This document shows positions 43,697 to 52,170 of a stretch of 64,000 bases of DNA, one piece after another (positions within the stretch are counted from its first letter, which is position 1; each line of letters begins with the position of its first letter). A model generated the notes under the pieces. The model did no database searches. It was not told where the DNA came from and worked only from the letters and a program-made list of their open reading frames with translations. Position numbers and translations under genes: made by a program. The stretch is taken from IMG/VR virus record IMGVR_UViG_3300036406_001149; one strand, written 5' to 3'. Source of the DNA: a virus.

Positions 43697-44373
43697 ATGG
43701 ATTTATGATTAATAATTTTTTTAATTTTTACAGGGTTTACTTTATCTATATTGAATACAATATTATGTTCTATAAGTAAATTTATATATTCAAATAAAAA
43801 CATATTTTGTATTTTAATACCAGCCATACGTTGTGTAATATTTTTAATATTTTGGATATCTTTGTGTGAAAAATAGCACATCTCTGCCCACAGTAAATCG
43901 AGGTCGTAGCACAGGTATTCGGCTTTCATCTGATTGTGTCCTATGCCTATATCGAAATGATTTTCTTTATCGTTGTTAGCTAGTGCAATCAAACTAGATT
44001 CTTCTAAATTTTTAGGTTTATATGATGAGACTATACCGCTGGAATATACCATAATAGACCCATCTTTTATATGGTCTAAACATCTAGTAAAACTATACAA
44101 CTGATTAGTTATTTCAAATTTATCATTATAAATAATATTAATACTACTGTTTAATACTTTAAATGTTTTTAGAATCTCTAATACTTTATCAGCATGAAAT
44201 CCCAACACTATATGTATTTGATGCTTATGTCCTTTATAAGCATGTTGTAGTAACTCTATTTGCTTCACTATCAACGGTTTTTTATTTTTGGGATCTATTG
44301 TCAGAATAGCTTTGGGCCCATAGGACTTCATACCTTTTGGTATTTCACAAGCTAAAATAACGATATTAATCAT
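43693..44373 (-). CDS. Sugar/choline-phosphate nucleotidyltransferase-like protein
   Basis: IVILAC..KGMKSYGPKAIL...PLIVKQIELL...IHIVLGFHADKV...IIYNDKFEITNQLYSF follows the NTP-transferase pattern. The GxGxR loop is degenerate. Confidence 0.65.
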   Translation of the reverse strand: MINIVILACEIPKGMKSYGPKAILTIDPKNKKPLIVKQIELLQHAYKGHKHQIHIVLGFHADKVLEILKTFKVLNSSINIIYNDKFEITNQLYSFTRCLDHIKDGSIMVYSSGIVSSYKPKNLEESSLIALANNDKENHFDIGIGHNQMKAEYLCYDLDLLWAEMCYFSHKDIQNIKNITQRMAGIKIQNMFLFEYINLLIEHNIVFNIDKVNPVKIKKIINHKSI

Positions 44374-45140
44374 ATAATCTCTATGTTGTATAGATCTGTT
44401 ACTCGATGTATTTCATCTATCACGAAATCTATATTCTTATCCATCGCCGTATAAAAAGATGTTGGAATAGCTAATTTTTGAAAATCCCTATCCGTAAGCT
44501 GTTCTGATACAATAATTTTTTTATTTATGCAATGCTTGAATATTTCTTGAGAGGAATCAATTTGTTCTGTTGTGAAATCATTTTTAATGACAAAAATCAG
44601 TGCTGCTATCGGAGGTAGACCAGTTCTAAGGACGCTATCTAATATCATATTGTCGCTGGTATCATCGACCACAAAGTGAATCTTCCATTTGATTGGGAGA
44701 TTATATTCTTCTATGTATTTTGCAACATTGTCTTTGATATTAGTATTTGTTTTACGAATAATAAATGATATTAATCTTGGTTTTGAAACTAAGTTATTAA
44801 TATTGTCTAATGTCTTATTAATATAGTTTTTATCAGATGATGACAAGAACACTAATAAGTAGTAGTTTATAGTAGATTCTTTAAGAACAATGTTTTCTAA
44901 AGATTCGTCTGTTGGATTATTGTCTTGTACAACAGATGCCCACTCAGCCAATCTTGCATAAGGACAATAAAAATCATTAATAATATAGCTATTTGTTGTC
45001 TCGTCAACTTCCAGGTTGTCTTTATTGTATAACAGCTGTAGCTTATTAACAATTCTCTCCGTTACCCCCAGCTGACAGGATGTTTGTTTATTGTTTTCGT
45101 CTGTAATTTTAAATATGCATTTGTTACATTTTGTCTTCAT
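44370..45140 (-). CDS. Hypothetical protein: N-terminal Cys cluster plus GT-A-like fragment
   Basis: CNKC...CQLG...FYCPYAR at the N-terminus. Cluster context. Confidence 0.4.
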   Translation of the reverse strand: MKTKCNKCIFKITDENNKQTSCQLGVTERIVNKLQLLYNKDNLEVDETTNSYIINDFYCPYARLAEWASVVQDNNPTDESLENIVLKESTINYYLLVFLSSSDKNYINKTLDNINNLVSKPRLISFIIRKTNTNIKDNVAKYIEEYNLPIKWKIHFVVDDTSDNMILDSVLRTGLPPIAALIFVIKNDFTTEQIDSSQEIFKHCINKKIIVSEQLTDRDFQKLAIPTSFYTAMDKNIDFVIDEIHRVTDLYNIEII

Positions 45141-45145
45141 AATAA

Positions 45146-45565
45146 TTATTTGATTCTTTGAACTGTTAAAATTTTAAATAAACCAGAAATATTATTTTCT
45201 AAAATACGTAAATTAGGTAGCTGAGAACACACATGAACTATAAATGATTGATCCCACATGGATTTATGTGCATTTAATATTTGATTAAAATTTTCAAAAT
45301 CTATTCTATTACGATAGAGGTCTATACCGAATGTGTCTAAATCTATAAATCGTAACTTTAATAATCCATCTTTTTTCAGCTTATGAGACATTTCTAGAAA
45401 AATAGCATTTCTTTGCTCTAATGTTAATTCATCTAAAAAATTACAAATCATAGTGTCTACAGATCCATTGGATACTTTTTGTAGTTCACTAACGTGTACA
45501 GGAGTAAAATCACTAACAATATGATTTTCTGTAATATATAGATTAATACTTTTATTCTTGAGCAT
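45146..45565 (-). CDS. Class I methyltransferase-like fragment (139 aa)
   Basis: NGSVDTMICNFLDEL...FLEMSHKLKKDGLLKLRFID matches the C-terminal half of Methyltransf_11-type folds. No GxG SAM loop seen. Confidence 0.5.
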   Translation of the reverse strand: MLKNKSINLYITENHIVSDFTPVHVSELQKVSNGSVDTMICNFLDELTLEQRNAIFLEMSHKLKKDGLLKLRFIDLDTFGIDLYRNRIDFENFNQILNAHKSMWDQSFIVHVCSQLPNLRILENNISGLFKILTVQRIK

Positions 45566-45567
45566 AT

Positions 45568-46455
45568 TTAATAATACCTTGTAGCTGTTAGTTTGTCAAA
45601 AAAAAGTTGTAGTTTATCATTTCTATCATCCGATATTAGGTTAGACAAAACATTATTATCTTGACCAAATAAAGAACATGAAATTGTATTAATAGTTTTA
45701 TTCAAAACTTTAACTAGTTCATCCTCATTAGAGATAGAAACAGTATTAAATAGATTATTATACAATATAGTATTTTTGCCTGTGCTGATATAAAAAGCTT
45801 TTGCTATGATGCTAGCAAAACATTCCAGAGGGGATGCATTAGAAAAATCTATACAGTACCTATAACGAGACAATGTGGTAATCAGGTCGTTTATAGAAGC
45901 AGGATATATGTCTAGTGTATCGCAACTCAATTGATTGTTTTTTAATAAAGCAATTATGCTAGGATTAATTTTGGTTGTATTATAATTGATAATCGCAATA
46001 TCTTTAATTTTATCTATATCTTTAATTACTGGAGCTTCCGTACTTGAACATAGAGGTATTTGTAAAACCCTGTCTTTATATTTGTCAGCAACATTGTGTT
46101 CAGAATCAGCTATTGTTAAATAATATAAATTATCTATGCTATTTAGTAATTCTAGATTTATATCAGAGGCGGTTGTCTGTGTCACTAATACTAAAGGTAT
46201 TTCTGACGTATTAGACAAATTAATGATCTGTTCGTTTAGATAATTAGTTAAGATAAAATCATAATTAAAAAATTGAATATCATTAATTTGAGTTATAGCA
46301 TTATTACCATTATTTTGAGTACTGAAATAGGATGTCTTTTCTGTCGGTAAAATCAAACTATCTAGATATAAATTTCTGGTATTAAAACTACAAAATATAT
46401 TAGTATCTATAGAATTATATTTATGAATAATATTTTTCATTAAATTGATTGACAT
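45568..46455 (-). CDS. Glycosyltransferase-like protein (divergent GT-B)
   Basis: DLITTLSRYRYCIDFSNASPLECFASIIAKAFYIS resembles the GT-B C-lobe. Cluster context. Confidence 0.45.
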   Translation of the reverse strand: MSINLMKNIIHKYNSIDTNIFCSFNTRNLYLDSLILPTEKTSYFSTQNNGNNAITQINDIQFFNYDFILTNYLNEQIINLSNTSEIPLVLVTQTTASDINLELLNSIDNLYYLTIADSEHNVADKYKDRVLQIPLCSSTEAPVIKDIDKIKDIAIINYNTTKINPSIIALLKNNQLSCDTLDIYPASINDLITTLSRYRYCIDFSNASPLECFASIIAKAFYISTGKNTILYNNLFNTVSISNEDELVKVLNKTINTISCSLFGQDNNVLSNLISDDRNDKLQLFFDKLTATRYY

Positions 46456-47558
46456 ATTTGTTGTCCTATATTATTGTAACTGAATCTCTCTAAATATTTA
46501 GTATCAGAAACAGTTTTTTTATCATTAAAAGCAGATCTCATTTGTTGTCTTAAATGCATAATACTTGGAATAAACCATGTCTCATTTGCATTATAAAAAT
46601 CTAGACCATTTACATATGTTGTGTCTTCCATGAGTACTGGTTGCTCAGAGCTTTGCACATAATAAAAGTCATCAGTGTCTAACATTTCTGAGATACCAAT
46701 ACCGTCTGATAGGATAGCCGTGTTGCCAGAACAAACCGCTTCTGCCGCTGGTCTACAAAATGCTTCTCCATAGGATACGGCAACAAAACAATCGCACGTT
46801 TTGTGTAATGATTGCATCTCTAAATCTGATAGTCGTTTAGTAATTATGGTTTCTGTCTTATATTTATTTTTAATTCTGAAGCGTGTTTTCAGTTTTACAA
46901 TATCTTGCTCTATATGTTGTTTAGCTTGTTCGCTTGTTAATCCCGGCATAGATGTTTTTATTATTAGTTCTACTGGTTCGTTAATATCGAATTCTAAATT
47001 AAAAGCAATAATAATATCTTTTATGTTTTTTCTTTGAATATATTCTCCAATAAAATAAAATTTAAACGTATTAGAGGATAAGCCCATATCTAATACTTTA
47101 CTTGAATGATTTTTTATTAGATTAGTATCGATGGGTTGAGAAATAGTCGATATTGGTATACGAACACCAGAATTTATCAGTGCATTTTTTTCTTTTAAAG
47201 ACGGGACTAATAACTGATCCATAATATTAATAGATGCTATTCCGGAGGAAAAGAATCTATTGTTTTCTATAACTGTTAATCCTATATTTTTCCCAAAATC
47301 TCCATTATACACAAAAGACTGAGGCATAGATTTTTGTATAACATAATCATAATAAGTATAGGATTGTTTTTCCGCATTAAGTATTTGTTTATTATCTATA
47401 ACACATTTAGCTCCTCTATTAGTATAGAAAGAGACGGGAACCACATTATGGTGTGTGCTTAATAAAGCTAATAGATAATCTCTAGACGCTAGTCCCCAAC
47501 CATCATGCTGTCTATATGGAGCTATGTATAATATATTTTTAGGTTGTTTTGTTTGCAT
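46440..47558 (-). CDS. Glycosyltransferase, GT4/GT-B family
   Basis: FKFYFIGEYIQRKNIKDII...CDCFVAVSYGEAFCRPAAEAVCSG (E-x7-E motif). Confidence 0.85.
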   Translation of the reverse strand: MQTKQPKNILYIAPYRQHDGWGLASRDYLLALLSTHHNVVPVSFYTNRGAKCVIDNKQILNAEKQSYTYYDYVIQKSMPQSFVYNGDFGKNIGLTVIENNRFFSSGIASINIMDQLLVPSLKEKNALINSGVRIPISTISQPIDTNLIKNHSSKVLDMGLSSNTFKFYFIGEYIQRKNIKDIIIAFNLEFDINEPVELIIKTSMPGLTSEQAKQHIEQDIVKLKTRFRIKNKYKTETIITKRLSDLEMQSLHKTCDCFVAVSYGEAFCRPAAEAVCSGNTAILSDGIGISEMLDTDDFYYVQSSEQPVLMEDTTYVNGLDFYNANETWFIPSIMHLRQQMRSAFNDKKTVSDTKYLERFSYNNIGQQICQSI

Positions 47559-49218
47559 AATCTATAAAATCTTCACTAGTTAACAATGACGGATTACATC
47601 TAGCATATTCTACATTATTATAGTTAGTAATAATACTATTGATATCTTTGATAATATTATTAATAGAGTACGACACAACAGACGCTCCGTCGTACAGCAT
47701 TGAGTTTTGTGCAAAATATATGTTTTTTAATAACCAATAGGTAGACATATCTAGTCCTGTTGATTTAAATTGATTATGTAGACTATAAATTTGTTCATAA
47801 ACTGTTTTATCTCTTATTTCTGGATTAATATTTATAGTTGGAATTTGTTGATAAGACATATTTTCCCATCGACTACGATAGTAATCCGTATCAACAGTGT
47901 CTATATAATCCATCCACTTCTGAACAGTATCCTGCCAGGAGTACTCATTGGTTGCTAAATTTTTATTAGTAAAACCTATTTTAGCTAATATATTCTGAGG
48001 TTTATGGATCAAAGAATATAATTTATCTACAGTATCATCTTTATCTGGATATACTCTGATAGCCCCTGTTTCCAATTCTTTGAATTTTAATCCGAGCTTA
48101 ATGGGTTGGGCATTGATTTTTTTAATCATGTCCTCCATTGCGCTATAATTTACGGTTAAAACAGGAACCCCACAGTAGCTTGCCTCAACCTGGGGCATAC
48201 CAAAGCCTTCACAGATAGAATATTGAACATATACATCGAATATTGACATTATTTTACCTAATGCCGCTTCTCCTATAGCGTTTCCAACATTCGGTATTAT
48301 GGCAGACTTTTGTTTACACTTATAGCATTTTTGTGTAAAGCCAGCTAAATTTGATGCAAAAATAGCGTTGCAGCTTCTGCACCAATATGTAAAGTATATT
48401 TTATTTGAAACCTTACTATTCTTGATTAACTCAAACATATCCCATCCAGCATCGGGATAACTTGTGTGCAAATATAATATAATTTGATTGCTTTTTTCTG
48501 ATTGTTCATTACGCAAACGATCAACTAACGCTTCGAAAGCTTGGATTAATTCAGGGAAAAGTTTTCTCTTTTGGTTTCTCATTACAGTACCAATGACGAT
48601 ATTGTCTTTTGATAGAGCTAATGAACCCTTTATTTCTTGTTTTTGAGCTAGTGAAACCTGCTGATAACTTGAGGCATTAGCTGCTGGAGATGCTGTTGAT
48701 ATATATTTAATCTTATTACTTGTTTGCTGTTTTAGGACTTCTGCTCCCCAGTCACTATATGTAAATACAGCATTAGCATTGATATAAGTATCTAGCCATT
48801 CCTCTTTTTGAGGAAATGAATCTATGGTTGGCATAAGAATCCAATGAAAATATTTGCGTAAAGGAGAAAACCTCTGATACGCAGACATCCAATAATCTCT
48901 AATGTCTATAACTATTTCCGGCTTAAAATCTAAAACAACTCTATCAAAACGCCATTTGCCGAATTGGTTTTCGGGAGAGCTATTATATAACTGTTCTCTT
49001 TTATCATCTTTTTCTATCGCATTTGGATAGTACTTCCATGGGATATTAAACTTTTCTTTATCCCCTATTAATCCATATGAAGCAAACTCAGCAATTTCAT
49101 ATTTATTGCTTTCAAATAATCCTTTTAGCAAGGCTTTATTGTATGTTCCAAAGCCTGAAGAAACTTTAGATGATTCTGAACATACTAAAATTCTAGTTTT
49201 ATGTTTTTGATTAGTCAT
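47539..49218 (-). CDS. Glycosyltransferase, GT4/GT-B family (start probably MTNQK at 49218)
   Basis: VIGTVMRNQKRKLFPEL...FDVYVQYSICEGFGMPQVEASYCG (E-x7-E). The listed upstream start (49269) lies inside the ssb terminator hairpin. Confidence 0.85.
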   Translation of the reverse strand: MTNQKHKTRILVCSESSKVSSGFGTYNKALLKGLFESNKYEIAEFASYGLIGDKEKFNIPWKYYPNAIEKDDKREQLYNSSPENQFGKWRFDRVVLDFKPEIVIDIRDYWMSAYQRFSPLRKYFHWILMPTIDSFPQKEEWLDTYINANAVFTYSDWGAEVLKQQTSNKIKYISTASPAANASSYQQVSLAQKQEIKGSLALSKDNIVIGTVMRNQKRKLFPELIQAFEALVDRLRNEQSEKSNQIILYLHTSYPDAGWDMFELIKNSKVSNKIYFTYWCRSCNAIFASNLAGFTQKCYKCKQKSAIIPNVGNAIGEAALGKIMSIFDVYVQYSICEGFGMPQVEASYCGVPVLTVNYSAMEDMIKKINAQPIKLGLKFKELETGAIRVYPDKDDTVDKLYSLIHKPQNILAKIGFTNKNLATNEYSWQDTVQKWMDYIDTVDTDYYRSRWENMSYQQIPTININPEIRDKTVYEQIYSLHNQFKSTGLDMSTYWLLKNIYFAQNSMLYDGASVVSYSINNIIKDINSIITNYNNVEYARCNPSLLTSEDFIDYANKTT

Positions 49219-49236
49219 GAAAATTTGTGTGTTTAT

Positions 49237-49267
49237 AAAAATAGGGCTGTCTTTTTTCAACAGCCCC
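49237..49267 (-). terminator. Rho-independent terminator downstream of ssb
   Basis: Minus strand reads GGGCTGT-TGAAAAAAG-ACAGCCC-TATTTTT (stems at 49244-49250 and 49260-49266). Confidence 0.75.
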
Positions 49268-49293
49268 ATCTTTAAATCTGTTTATGGGATAAC

Positions 49294-49668
49294 TTAGAAA
49301 GCCACAGCCTCTGTATCAACTGACTGAGACTTAGACAGCTTGGTGATCTTAGAAAAGTTGTTTACTCTAATACGTAGAGTACTATGCTTGACCCCATCCT
49401 TTTCCCACGAGTCATTTCTAAGAGATCCTTCTACCATTACCAAGTCACCCTTCCTAAAGGATTCCGCTATAATCTCTGCTCCAGAATCCCAAGCTTCGCA
49501 ATTAACAAAAGTGGTAATCTTATCCTTTTCGCCAGAAGCCTTGGTATATTCACGAGATACAGCAATGGTGAAATTTACCACAGACACAGGCTTTGATCTG
49601 CCTTCGATTTTCCTAATCTCAGGATCACGAGTTAGATTACCTCTAAGTAATACAATATTCATATTCAA
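49294..49668 (-). CDS. ssb: Single-stranded DNA-binding protein
   Basis: NIVLLRGNLTRDPEIR...VVNFTIAVSR...TTFVNCEAW...FRKGDLVMVEGSLRNDSWEKDG. C-terminus EAVAF. RBS AAGGA. Confidence 0.95.
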   Translation of the reverse strand: MNMNIVLLRGNLTRDPEIRKIEGRSKPVSVVNFTIAVSREYTKASGEKDKITTFVNCEAWDSGAEIIAESFRKGDLVMVEGSLRNDSWEKDGVKHSTLRIRVNNFSKITKLSKSQSVDTEAVAF

Positions 49669-49709
49669 ATTTCCTTTGTAAAAAGTTAAAAATCACGCAA
49701 ACGCACAGT

Positions 49710-49738
49710 ATAGTATTGGTGGTGTACCAGCATGTCAA
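49710..49738 (-). promoter_or_regulatory. Sigma70-type promoter for ssb
   Basis: Minus strand TTGACA (49738-49733), 17-nt spacer, TACTAT (49715-49710). Confidence 0.7.
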
Positions 49739-51297
49739 GTTTTTGCTAAAAACGTCTTTTCAGCAACAAACGAATCCTTATTTTTAGATATATTGCCCTT
49801 GATGATAATAATATTACCTTCAAATAATTGGTTACGGTATTGTCTAAAAGTTTCTGGAAAATATACCACAGAATCCAAACAGGCAGTACCATCATTTATG
49901 GATAGAAAAGCCATCTCGGCTCCAGCATTTTTGCCCTTCTTTGTTTTGACTATATTGATATTCTCTATCTCACCGGCCACCATCAAATTATTGTTGCTGC
50001 ATTTATTATGCTTAATGTCTCTACAAGAATGACTTACCATGTGAATATCATACATGTCTATTTTAGAACAGGAGATAGAATAACCCAACAACATGTTCTC
50101 AGTATCAACAAGCCATTCTATAGAGTCTTCAATGGAAAATGGAGGATTTTTCATTGTTTTACATAAATTATTGACTATTTCTTTACGTTTATTCAAAGTT
50201 ATTTTTTCTTTTAATTGACACAGACTAGTATATAGATCATCTGTGTTCAAAGATATACTCTTAAGTAGAGCGACCTCTTTGGGTGTTAATTCTAATAACA
50301 TACTGTAATCCAACAGCATTTTGTTTCTGTGTAACTTCAAATAATCCAATGCTCCGGATTGAATTAGTGCTTTACTAGCTGTGGAATTCAATTCATACAA
50401 AACATCTATCAAAAATTCTGTCCATTTTAATTTAGCAAGATCTAGATTGTCTGTATGTATTAGGTGTTTTAGTTTTTTAAATGCTGATTGACCAAAACCT
50501 TTAATATCTGTTAGTCCGAAATATATATGTTGGTTTTTAAGTTCTATAAGATCGTTTAGCATTCTTACATCTGGATTACATATACTAATTCCCATCTCTA
50601 TAGCATTTTGTACCAGTTCTTTAATTTCTTGTTGAGGATCTATTTTATCTTTGGCAAATCTTAGGTAAGCCGTAAAAAAATAAACAGGATAGTGAGCTTT
50701 AGCATATGCTGATAAGTAACAATTCATAGCATAACTAATAGCGTGCGATTTATTAAAAGAATATCTTTGACTTTTTTCGATCCATCCGAAAACCTGATCA
50801 GCTTGTTCTGCATTTAATAATTTTCTATTAGCACAACCGTCTATAAATTTGATTTTAAGTTTTGCCATTTCTTCTGGTTTCTTTTTACCAATAGCTTTAC
50901 GCAAATTGTCTGCTTCTTGCAAATCGAAACCAGCAATATCTTTAGCTATTTGCATAGCTTGTTCCTGATATACCATTTCACCATATGTAGTATTCAGAAT
51001 AGGCTCCAAACACTCATGAAAATAATCGATATCTTCGACACCATTCTTTTTGTCGATATAGTGACTGGTTACGCTTTTTCCGTCTCTATATGCCTCCAAA
51101 CATCCTGGTCGCATAATAGAAATTAGTGCAGCTAATTCTTCTATATTTGATGGTTTTAGTTTTTTAGCCAAAGACCTTCCTAGCCTGGACTCCAACTGAA
51201 AACACCCCTTAGTATTTCCATTTGATATTAAATTCCAGGTTTTGGAACAAGCCAAATCAATTTTAGATATATCTGCTTCAAACATCTCCAAAGGCAC
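49735..51297 (-). CDS. dnaE: DNA polymerase III alpha (DnaE), C-terminal part: fingers, HhH, OB fold
   Basis: TKGCFQLES, LAALISIMRPG, TYGEMVYQEQAM, ADNLRKAIGKKK, YSFNKSHAISY, IYFGLTDIKGFG, EMAFLSINDG. Alternative ATG start at 51285. Confidence 0.92.
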   Translation of the reverse strand: MPLEMFEADISKIDLACSKTWNLISNGNTKGCFQLESRLGRSLAKKLKPSNIEELAALISIMRPGCLEAYRDGKSVTSHYIDKKNGVEDIDYFHECLEPILNTTYGEMVYQEQAMQIAKDIAGFDLQEADNLRKAIGKKKPEEMAKLKIKFIDGCANRKLLNAEQADQVFGWIEKSQRYSFNKSHAISYAMNCYLSAYAKAHYPVYFFTAYLRFAKDKIDPQQEIKELVQNAIEMGISICNPDVRMLNDLIELKNQHIYFGLTDIKGFGQSAFKKLKHLIHTDNLDLAKLKWTEFLIDVLYELNSTASKALIQSGALDYLKLHRNKMLLDYSMLLELTPKEVALLKSISLNTDDLYTSLCQLKEKITLNKRKEIVNNLCKTMKNPPFSIEDSIEWLVDTENMLLGYSISCSKIDMYDIHMVSHSCRDIKHNKCSNNNLMVAGEIENINIVKTKKGKNAGAEMAFLSINDGTACLDSVVYFPETFRQYRNQLFEGNIIIIKGNISKNKDSFVAEKTFLAKT

Positions 51298-51970
51298 CCT
51301 TAAATTTAATTTTTTGTGATAAATTCTTATGTAACTTTAAAAATCTAAGTAAGATATCAGCACAATCTTTTACATCTTTTAGAGCGTCGTGAGCATTATC
51401 TTTAGATATAGAAAAATAATCTCTAACATTATCTAATGATATTGATTTGACATCTTCTAAATACATAAACCAATAATATAATAGATTCATAATATCTATT
51501 ACGTCTCGTGGGTAAAAAATATTACTATCGTTTTCTTTATTGACTGTATTAAATTTTTGAGCCATACGATTAACTATTTTTAGATCAAATCTGTTGATAT
51601 TATATCCAGAAGCTATAGGAGCAGAAAATTCATTTTTCTTACTAGTTCTCGAATGATACTTATCTAAATATCCACAGAATAAGGACCATGCTTGTTTTTG
51701 TGGCATAGCTTCTTTCCACGAACATAAAATATCATCTCTGGAACAATTCCTAACTTTGGCATGAAAATTTAGAATATCATTATCATATTCGTGATTAGGA
51801 TTGAGTTCTAAGCTTTCTGGCTTAAGCATTATATTAAATTCGGAATCCTTAACTATTTCTAATTTTATTGGATCCACTATCACAGCAGCTATTTGTACTG
51901 CACTACAAACATTAGGATTCACTCCGTCTGTTTCTAGATCAAAGATACATATTTTGTTACTAAATTTCAT
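51278..51970 (-). CDS. DEDDh 3'-5' exonuclease (DnaQ/epsilon-like)
   Basis: FDLETDG (ExoI), GYNINRFD (ExoII), AHDALKD (ExoIII). Confidence 0.9.
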   Translation of the reverse strand: MKFSNKICIFDLETDGVNPNVCSAVQIAAVIVDPIKLEIVKDSEFNIMLKPESLELNPNHEYDNDILNFHAKVRNCSRDDILCSWKEAMPQKQAWSLFCGYLDKYHSRTSKKNEFSAPIASGYNINRFDLKIVNRMAQKFNTVNKENDSNIFYPRDVIDIMNLLYYWFMYLEDVKSISLDNVRDYFSISKDNAHDALKDVKDCADILLRFLKLHKNLSQKIKFKGAFGDV

Positions 51971-52146
51971 GCTGAAACCTTTACTCGCTGTAATGGAAGA
52001 ATCATGACTTTTTCTTTGGTGTCGTTACGAATGGCATTAAGCACCTTGCAACAACTAAGTCTTTCTTCTCCTATCTTTGTATATTCTAAATCATCTAATA
52101 CGAATACAGAATTTACCTCAATATCAATAAACTGTTTTTCTAACAT
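51967..52146 (-). CDS. Small hypothetical protein (59 aa) missing from the ORF track
   Basis: Hand translation: MLEKQFIDIEVNSVFVLDDLEYTKIGEERLSCCKVLNAIRNDTKEKVMILPLQRVKVSA*. RBS-like AAAGGG upstream. The stop overlaps the exonuclease start (ATGA). Confidence 0.7.
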   Translation of the reverse strand: MLEKQFIDIEVNSVFVLDDLEYTKIGEERLSCCKVLNAIRNDTKEKVMILPLQRVKVSA

Positions 52147-52170
52147 ATTTAGAACCCTTTCTTTTTGGAA

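Noticed and set aside
49219-49269. N-terminal extension MGLLKKDSPIF... of the large glycosyltransferase
   Set aside because: It is encoded by the ssb terminator hairpin. The ATG at 49218 is the more plausible start.
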